From: an uncultured Thioalkalispiraceae bacterium
Lineage (GTDB): Bacteria; Pseudomonadota; Gammaproteobacteria; UBA6429; Thiohalophilaceae
Direction: 5' to 3'
Length of the DNA: 64,000 bases
NCBI GenBank assembly: GCA_964605385.1
Contig: CAZSCK010000002.1
Span: 10,420 to 74,419, forward strand
A program made the position numbers and the translations under genes. Each line of letters starts with the position of its first letter. Position 1 is the stretch's first letter. The notes beneath the pieces are model-generated. The model did not search any database. It was not told the origin of the DNA and saw only the letters and a list, made by a program, of their open reading frames with translations. Below, in pieces: positions 57,824-64,000 of this stretch.

Positions 57824-58768
57824 ATGACCGATGAAATAAAAAACAAAGAAGAATGGCAAGCAGATGTTATTAGTAAACTCGCTTTTGCTGCAGTAGATGA
57901 ACAGCGTCGGGCTCGTAGATGGGGTATTTTCTTCAAAGCCCTTTTCTTTGTTTATATTCTGGTTCTTTTAATTGTTGCATTTTCATCATCGGATGGAACT
58001 AGCAAATTAGGCAAAGCAAGCGAACATACTGCTCTGGTTGATGTACAGGGTGTTATAGCCGCGGGAGCAGAGGCCAGTGCAGATAATATTATTCATGGTT
58101 TACGTGCGGCATTTAAAGAGCCAAAAGCAAAAGCAATTATTTTGCGTATCAATAGTCCGGGAGGCAGTCCGGTTCAGGCAGGTTATGTTTATGATGAAAT
58201 TAAACGATTACGTAAAAAATACAAAGATAAAAAATTATATGCCGTTATTTCTGATATGTGTGCATCCGGTGGTTATTACATTGCCGTAGCAGCTGATGAA
58301 ATTTACGCTGATAAAGCCAGCATAGTTGGTTCGATTGGCGTATTAATGAACGGCTTTGGTTTTACCAAAGCAATGGAAAAGTTAGGTATAGAGCGTCGTT
58401 TATATACTGCAGGAACAAGCAAAGGTTTTCTGGACCCTTTTTCTGATGTTAAAAGCTCTGACAAAAAACATATACAAACATTATTAGGTACTATTCATAA
58501 GCAGTTTATAGATACTGTTAAAGAAGGACGTGGCAAACGTCTTGTAGACGATGAAAAACTATTTACAGGTTTGATCTGGACAGGTGAAGAAAGTGTTGCT
58601 CTTGGTTTAACCGATGGTCTGGGTAGCAGTGGTTTTGTGGCAAGAGAAATTATTGAAGCAGAAAAAATCATTGATTACACACCTCGTCCTAATTATCTGG
58701 ATCGTTTTGCTGATCGCTTAGGGGTTGCTATGGCTAGCATTTTTGAACGTGGTTTTAATTTGCAGTAA
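57824..58768 (+). CDS. sppA: S49-family signal peptide peptidase (SppA 36K type)
   Basis: N-terminal TM. INSPGGSPVQ and catalytic-Ser region CASGGYYIA. 314 aa. Confidence 0.85.
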   Translation: MTDEIKNKEEWQADVISKLAFAAVDEQRRARRWGIFFKALFFVYILVLLIVAFSSSDGTSKLGKASEHTALVDVQGVIAAGAEASADNIIHGLRAAFKEPKAKAIILRINSPGGSPVQAGYVYDEIKRLRKKYKDKKLYAVISDMCASGGYYIAVAADEIYADKASIVGSIGVLMNGFGFTKAMEKLGIERRLYTAGTSKGFLDPFSDVKSSDKKHIQTLLGTIHKQFIDTVKEGRGKRLVDDEKLFTGLIWTGEESVALGLTDGLGSSGFVAREIIEAEKIIDYTPRPNYLDRFADRLGVAMASIFERGFNLQ

Positions 58769-58784
58769 TATATTTTAAAAGAAA

Positions 58785-58818
58785 TAAAAAAGGGAGCCTT
58801 TTACGCTCCCTTTTTTTA
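58785..58818. terminator. Bidirectional rho-independent terminator (sppA / MCP gene)
   Basis: A-run, then stem gggagc (58792..58797) / gctccc (58805..58810) with a 7-nt loop, then T7. Confidence 0.8.
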
Positions 58819-58836
58819 TATTAAAATTAGTGGTGC

Positions 58837-60348
58837 CTAAAATAAATCGATATCGCCAGCACTATCTTCATCGGTGCTTTCAAAAAGTTTTTTCTCATCA
58901 ACAAGGTTGCTTAATAAATCAAGAAGATCAACACTGGCTGTTTCCGCACACTGCATATCTAATAATAATTGTTCTTGTAACTCAACACTATTTTTCCAGT
59001 CACCTTTAAGCATATTTGTCATAACATTTACATATAAATGAATAGCACTATTTGGTGAATTTATTTGAGCAAAGCTGGGTAAATGACTGTATGTTTGGCC
59101 ACCGTCAGCAGATGTTAACCATTGCCCAAAACTCGATTCCGTTTCATCTACTGCAACACTGTGCGCTTCTTCTGAATCAGCCCCAACCTCTATAGCTCGG
59201 TAGGCACGTTGCATATATACAATATGATCAATTTTTGCGAGTGTTAAAGCACTAATCATACGTGAATGCGCAATTGATTCTGATGTACGTTGTGCAACAT
59301 CGGAGAACTCACTAAAGTTTTGATTAAATTCAGTTACCAATTGATGTGAAACACTACTATATTCTTCGATACGTGCGGACTCTGCTAAAATATTATTGCT
59401 GGCATCAACAATATTACTAATAATACTTGTGATTTTTGCGGTTGCGTTTTTTGTATTGTCTGCCAATGATCGAATTTCATCTGCAACTACAGCAAAACCA
59501 CGTCCATATTCACCTGCACGTGCTGCTTCTATGGCTGCATTTAAAGCAAGAAGGTTAGTTTGATCGGCAATGCTGGCAATAAAAGAAATAATATCGGATA
59601 TCTCAGTACTGCTTTCATCAAGTTTAACGGATGAGCTTTTTAAATCAGAAATTCGTGTAACAATTTGTGATGTGTTTTCAATAACTTTGTTTACAGATTG
59701 TTTGCTTGCCAGGGCACTATTGGCTGCATTTTTTGTAGCTTCTTCAACAGTCGTAAGTTCGTTATTTATAATGGCAATATCGTTTTGATTAATTTCAAGG
59801 TTTTGCAGTAAATGAGATGTTTTTAAACTACTTAGTTCTGAAAATAAATTACTGATATTTTGTTGCACATGTCTTTGTTTCATTACATCAAGTGAAAAAT
59901 TGATAGTATTTAATGTGGTATTAAACATACCTTTCATACCTTGTGTAAACGTATTCCGATAAAAAATACGTTGTTGTGCCGTATTGGAAGTGGTCCTTAC
60001 CTCACGGACAAACGTTTCAACTTGATCCATTGCCGTATTTAAATTATTAATTGTTTCTTGATAAAGAGAATCACCTTTTATATTTGTTATTCTGTATTCA
60101 AGTTCCCCTTTTGCCAGATTTTGAGCAAGTTTGTTAATATTCTGGTGTCTGGATGTGTGTTGTATTAATTTAAGTTGATCTTTTATTGTTACAAAAGTAA
60201 CAAGCAAAGCTATAATAATAAATATTAAATCAAAGTCGTAAGTTAGCAGTACATAGACGAGCACAGCTATTATTACTGTAAGACGTAATATTACAGCTCG
60301 GGATTTAAATAGTAAGGATAAATTCATCATATCCTTTTTCTCTGCCAT
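58837..60348 (-). CDS. Methyl-accepting chemotaxis protein body (TM hairpin, MCP signalling domain, C-terminal CZB-like domain)
   Basis: Two adjacent TMs with no periplasmic domain. Hairpin-tip motif [36 protein letters not shown]. The C-terminal pattern H-x2-Y-x27-SFGQW-x26-H-x3-N resembles the CZB domain. The start overlaps the upstream PAS ORF by 44 nt. Confidence 0.88.
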   Translation of the reverse strand: MAEKKDMMNLSLLFKSRAVILRLTVIIAVLVYVLLTYDFDLIFIIIALLVTFVTIKDQLKLIQHTSRHQNINKLAQNLAKGELEYRITNIKGDSLYQETINNLNTAMDQVETFVREVRTTSNTAQQRIFYRNTFTQGMKGMFNTTLNTINFSLDVMKQRHVQQNISNLFSELSSLKTSHLLQNLEINQNDIAIINNELTTVEEATKNAANSALASKQSVNKVIENTSQIVTRISDLKSSSVKLDESSTEISDIISFIASIADQTNLLALNAAIEAARAGEYGRGFAVVADEIRSLADNTKNATAKITSIISNIVDASNNILAESARIEEYSSVSHQLVTEFNQNFSEFSDVAQRTSESIAHSRMISALTLAKIDHIVYMQRAYRAIEVGADSEEAHSVAVDETESSFGQWLTSADGGQTYSHLPSFAQINSPNSAIHLYVNVMTNMLKGDWKNSVELQEQLLLDMQCAETASVDLLDLLSNLVDEKKLFESTDEDSAGDIDLF

Positions 60349-60823
60349 TCAATATTGTGTTTAACTTATAGAGAGAGTTATCAATAGCCTCTTTAGCAGA
60401 CGATTGTTGCTCAATCTCTAACAAATCAACATAGATGTTTTTAATGTAATTCAGTTTTTCGGCATCAGGTTTGCGCCTAACAGAGTAATAACCCAATAAT
60501 TCATTATCAGAGGAAAAGCTGGGAGCCACATTAGTAAAAACCCAATAATAACTACCATCTTTGGCTAAGTTTTTAATATAGCCATTGAATTCACGATTGT
60601 TTCTGATTGTTTCCCACAGCAATTTGAAAATTACGCGGGGCATATCCGGGTGGCGAATAATATTGTGCTGTTGCCCCAATAATTCTGACTCTTTATATCC
60701 TGAATATTCAATAAATAAAGGATTAACATAGGTTAAAATGTCTTTTATATTGGTTTTTGAGGAAATAAAGTCATCATCAGGCATAACCAGTTCATAATCT
60801 ATCGGTGTGATTGTATTTTTCAT
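60305..60823 (-). CDS. Stand-alone Aer-type PAS sensor domain protein (possible 5' fragment of the downstream MCP)
   Basis: [41 protein letters not shown] matches the Aer-class PAS signature (NxxRHPDMP...W...KNxxKxGxxYWV). Confidence 0.85.
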   Translation of the reverse strand: MKNTITPIDYELVMPDDDFISSKTNIKDILTYVNPLFIEYSGYKESELLGQQHNIIRHPDMPRVIFKLLWETIRNNREFNGYIKNLAKDGSYYWVFTNVAPSFSSDNELLGYYSVRRKPDAEKLNYIKNIYVDLLEIEQQSSAKEAIDNSLYKLNTILNGREKGYDEFILTI

Positions 60824-60853
60824 TCTGCTCTTTATATAAACGATACATGATAA

Positions 60854-60880
60854 TTATCGGCCTGTTTCATAAAATATTTA
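60854..60880 (-). promoter_or_regulatory. Sigma-28 (FliA)-type promoter upstream of the PAS/MCP pair
   Basis: The minus strand reads TAAA-tattttatgaaacag-GCCGATAA, an exact match to TAAA-N15-GCCGATAA. The -10 element ends 30 nt upstream of the PAS ATG (60823). Confidence 0.65.
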
Positions 60881-60984
60881 GGCAATAGCAGCATTAATTT
60901 TGGCTATATTGTTATGAAAAACGATATAAAGCTTATTTTATCTAGGGTTTTATAGGGGCTGGGGTGAAAATAAAAACTAAATCT

Positions 60985-61560
60985 TTAAAGAATAGTAAAT
61001 TGTTCTTTATCTAGCATTTTAATTAAACGAATTAAGGGTAAGCCCATTAAGGTGTTGGGGTCTTCGCCTTCAAGTTTTTCAAATAAAACAATACCTAATT
61101 CTTCAGACTTAAAACTGCCTGCGCAATTATAGGGTTGTTCTTTTCGTAAATAACTTTCAATTTGCTGATCGCTGAGGTCACGAAAAACCACATTAAATGG
61201 AACAACTTCAGATTGATATTGTTGCGTTGAAGAATTATATAAACAAAGCCCCGTATAAAAAGTTACTGTTTTCCCGGATGCATTTTGTAATTGTTTAACC
61301 GCATTTTTATGTGTGTGTGGTTTACCAATAATCTCACCGTTTATAACTGAAACTTGATCAGAACCAATTACCAGCGCATCACTGACTTTGTCTGCAACCG
61401 CTTTCGCTTTGGCAATTGATAAACGTTCAACAAGTTGTTGAGGTGTTTCATCAGCTAATGCAGTTTCATCTGTTTCAGGTGAAACAGTATCAAAATCAAC
61501 ACCGAGCTTATCAAGGATGGCTTTGCGAAAAGGTGAGGTTGAAGCGAGAATAAGTTTCAT
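60985..61560 (-). CDS. Maf-family nucleoside triphosphate pyrophosphatase (YceF-like)
   Basis: LILASTSPFRKAIL N-terminus, ...VIGSDQV..., 191 aa. Confidence 0.88.
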   Translation of the reverse strand: MKLILASTSPFRKAILDKLGVDFDTVSPETDETALADETPQQLVERLSIAKAKAVADKVSDALVIGSDQVSVINGEIIGKPHTHKNAVKQLQNASGKTVTFYTGLCLYNSSTQQYQSEVVPFNVVFRDLSDQQIESYLRKEQPYNCAGSFKSEELGIVLFEKLEGEDPNTLMGLPLIRLIKMLDKEQFTIL

Positions 61561-61645
61561 AATTATACAGTTCTATTTAAAAAATAAGATTATAAACAAT
61601 TACCATAAAGACAAAAAGAAGATTGCTGTCATTACGTGAAGATAA

Positions 61646-63466
61646 TTAACTTTGTATTTCAACCAACGTTTCATCAGGTGTTACGCTATCACCTTTAACA
61701 ACATGAATAGCTATAACTGTACCTGATATTGCAGCCTGAATTTCAGTTTCCATTTTCATCGCTTCAGTAATTAATACTGGATCACCAGCTTTTATTTTAT
61801 CGCCTACATTAACCAAAACTTCAACAATTACTCCGGGCATGGATGTAGTGACATGTCCTGGTTCAGTTGCACGAGGACGCTTACCACTGGAAGATGTTTT
61901 ACGCGGTTGTCCTTCAGCTTCATCAAGATCAATTTCGCTTAATGTTTCTACCATAATTTCTTCTGGTACACCGTCGATACTCAAATAATAAGGCCGCATA
62001 TCATGTGTACGATGACCTGCACCTGTTAAGCCTATATGATAAGTTTCACCATGAATGGTAACGTTAAATTCAGTTGCGGCATTATGGCCATTGCTATCCA
62101 TGTTTGCCGGTTCAAGTGCTTCTGGAATTAATTTTCCTTCATCACGCTCTTGTAAAAAAGTTCGACCTATATCAGGGAACATTGCATAGATTAAAACATC
62201 ATCTTCATTATGTGCGAGCGTTCCAATTTCTTTGCATAACTTATCCATTTCATCTTTAAGTAAGTCAGCAGGGCGGCATTCAATAATATCTTCATTGCCT
62301 ATGGCCATGTGTTGTACTTGCGGGCTGATTTTTCCCGGTGCTTTACCATATCGGCCTTGCAGGTAGAGTTTTACTTCATTTGTTATGGTTTTATAACGCT
62401 CACCGCCAATGACATTTAATACTGCCTGTGTCCCGACTATTTGAGAAGTGGGCGTCACCAGAGGGGGGTTGCCTAACTCTTTTCGTACCAGTGGAATTTC
62501 TTCTAACACTTCATTCATACGTGATAGTGCACCTTGTTCTTTTAGCTGGTTTGATAAATTAGAAATCATGCCGCCGGGAACCTGGTTAACCTGAACACGA
62601 GTATCTAAACCAGTGAACTCACTTTCAAACTGATGATATTTTTTTCTTACTTCATAAAAGTAAAATCCAATTTCCTGTAGTGCAGGCAAGTCTAAACCGC
62701 TATCAAATTCAGTATTTTTAAATGCAGCAACCATACTTTCGGTTGGCGGGTGACTGGTGCCTTCTGAAAAAGAAGATATTGCAGTATCAATACCAAAAGC
62801 GCCATTTTCCACTGCTTTATATTGACATATACTGGCAAGTCCTGCCGTTGCATGTGAATGTAGATGAACAGGGATACTGACTTGATCAACTAATGCTTTA
62901 ACTAACTCGGCAGTAATGCTCGGTGTGAGCAAGCCCGCCATGTCTTTAATAACAATGCTGTCACAGCCCATTTTTTCCAGCTCGCGGCCTAAACTTATAA
63001 AGTATTGCAGGTTATGATCAGGGCTGGTGGTATAACAAAGTGCACCTTGTGCATGTTTATTGGATTTTTTAACTGCTTCTATAGATGTTTTTAAGTTACG
63101 TAAGTCATTCATAGCATCAAAAATACGAAAGACATCAATGCCATTTTCAGCCGCTTGTTTAACAAAAGCGCGTACAACATCATCGGCATAATGACGGTAG
63201 CCTAAAAGATTTTGGCCTCGTAATAACATTTGTAAGCGCGTGTTAGGTAAAGCTTCACGAAGTAAACGTAAACGCTCCCATGGGTCTTCTTTTAGGAACC
63301 GTACGCAGGCATCAAAAGTCGCACCGCCCCAGACTTCAAGTGACCAGTAACCAATTTTATCGAGACGCTCACAAATCGGTAGCATGTCTTCTGTGCGCAT
63401 GCGTGTTGCAATCAATGACTGATGTGCATCACGTAAAATAGTGTCTGTTATATTAACTTTTGACAT
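61646..63466 (-). CDS. Pyruvate carboxylase subunit B / oxaloacetate decarboxylase alpha-type carboxyltransferase with biotinyl domain
   Basis: HMGL-like TIM barrel (ITDTILRDAHQSL, VHLHSHATAG). C-terminal biotin attachment motif EAMKMETEI. Directly downstream of a biotin carboxylase gene, with no oadB/oadG adjacent. Confidence 0.85.
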   Translation of the reverse strand: MSKVNITDTILRDAHQSLIATRMRTEDMLPICERLDKIGYWSLEVWGGATFDACVRFLKEDPWERLRLLREALPNTRLQMLLRGQNLLGYRHYADDVVRAFVKQAAENGIDVFRIFDAMNDLRNLKTSIEAVKKSNKHAQGALCYTTSPDHNLQYFISLGRELEKMGCDSIVIKDMAGLLTPSITAELVKALVDQVSIPVHLHSHATAGLASICQYKAVENGAFGIDTAISSFSEGTSHPPTESMVAAFKNTEFDSGLDLPALQEIGFYFYEVRKKYHQFESEFTGLDTRVQVNQVPGGMISNLSNQLKEQGALSRMNEVLEEIPLVRKELGNPPLVTPTSQIVGTQAVLNVIGGERYKTITNEVKLYLQGRYGKAPGKISPQVQHMAIGNEDIIECRPADLLKDEMDKLCKEIGTLAHNEDDVLIYAMFPDIGRTFLQERDEGKLIPEALEPANMDSNGHNAATEFNVTIHGETYHIGLTGAGHRTHDMRPYYLSIDGVPEEIMVETLSEIDLDEAEGQPRKTSSSGKRPRATEPGHVTTSMPGVIVEVLVNVGDKIKAGDPVLITEAMKMETEIQAAISGTVIAIHVVKGDSVTPDETLVEIQS

Positions 63467-63499
63467 CGAATCGAATCCTCGTGATTTTATATATTGAAG

Positions 63500-64000
63500 C
63501 TATATACCAGAGTTAGCAGCCAATGCTGCAGCAATAGCGGCAGCAACTTCTCGTGAAGAACGTTTAACAGAATAATTAATAAGCTCAGGATGTTTTTCAA
63601 CAAAGCTGGTATTAAATTTACCGGTTTGAAAATCAGCCGAAGCAAGAATCTCTATATAATAAGGTATGGTTGTTTTTACACCGTAAAGCGTAATGTCTCG
63701 TAGCGCGCGGCGTGAACGGTCAATCAAAGAGTCCCAATCCATCGCCCAGACAATGAGTTTGGCACACATAGAATCGTAGTAGGGTGGAATAACATAACCA
63801 CTATAAATTGCACCATCAGTTCGAACACCGGGACCACCGGCTGCAAAATAACGTGTAATTTTGCCAAAGCTGGGGAGAAAATCATTTTTTGGATCTTCTG
63901 CATTAATACGAAATTCCATGGCAAATCCACGCCGTGAAATATCAGATTGTTGATATCGCAGTTTTAAACCTGAAGCAATTCGAATTTGCTCTTGCACAAT
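63500..64000 (-). CDS. Biotin carboxylase (pyruvate carboxylase subunit A / AccC-like), C-terminal part; 5' end outside window
   Basis: The frame is open to the window edge. Biotin carboxylase C-domain motifs EQIRIASG, EFRINAEDP, YYDSMCAKLIVW. Confidence 0.85.
   Translation of the reverse strand: MVQEQIRIASGLKLRYQQSDISRRGFAMEFRINAEDPKNDFLPSFGKITRYFAAGGPGVRTDGAIYSGYVIPPYYDSMCAKLIVWAMDWDSLIDRSRRALRDITLYGVKTTIPYYIEILASADFQTGKFNTSFVEKHPELINYSVKRSSREVAAAIAAALAANSGI

Overview
AT-rich (about 38-40% GC by eye) chromosomal segment from a flagellated gammaproteobacterium. Gene order matches Pseudomonas-type synteny blocks as I recall them: ponB plus a TPR lipoprotein, ffs-dnaX-ybaB-recR, motAB-rsgA...orn, and rne/rluC-HAD-sppA...maf. 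I call about 62 protein genes, with both window edges cutting genes, and one ncRNA (4.5S/SRP RNA). The core is a ~20 kb flagellar export/chemotaxis supercluster at 33.3-53.1 kb: fliLMNOPQR-flhB, flhA, flhF, flhG/fleN, fliA, cheY, cheZ, cheA, cheB, motC, motD, a parA-like gene, a cheW-like gene, cheW, a small ORF and a DUF2802 gene. A second stator pair, motAB, lies at 28-30 kb. Other blocks: a six-gene MoxR/DUF58/VWA 'Bat-like' operon (10.9-17.8 kb, minus strand), housekeeping genes (mrcB, yoaA, tsaB, dapE, orn, rsgA, rne, rluC, maf), a 1121-aa PAS/GAF hybrid histidine kinase, and a two-subunit pyruvate carboxylase at the right edge. By motif reading I found three sigma-28-type promoters, one sigma-54-type promoter and two strong bidirectional terminators. 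I found no transposases, integrases, prophage genes, CRISPR arrays, tRNA/rRNA genes or recognisable defence islands. I cannot point to a convincing brand-new multi-gene system; the window is mostly core genome. The observations most worth follow-up are: (1) an Aer-type chemoreceptor split into two overlapping frames, with a zinc-ligand-deficient CZB-like tail and a perfect FliA promoter; (2) a recently expanded tandem acidic-motif array in CheA where a P2 domain is expected; (3) a nested-palindrome intergenic element; (4) an orphan PD-(D/E)xK-like gene between lpoP-like and yoaA; (5) a cytochrome c + M48 protease pair between rsgA and orn. All calls rest on reading the sequence and ORF translations; no database search was possible.
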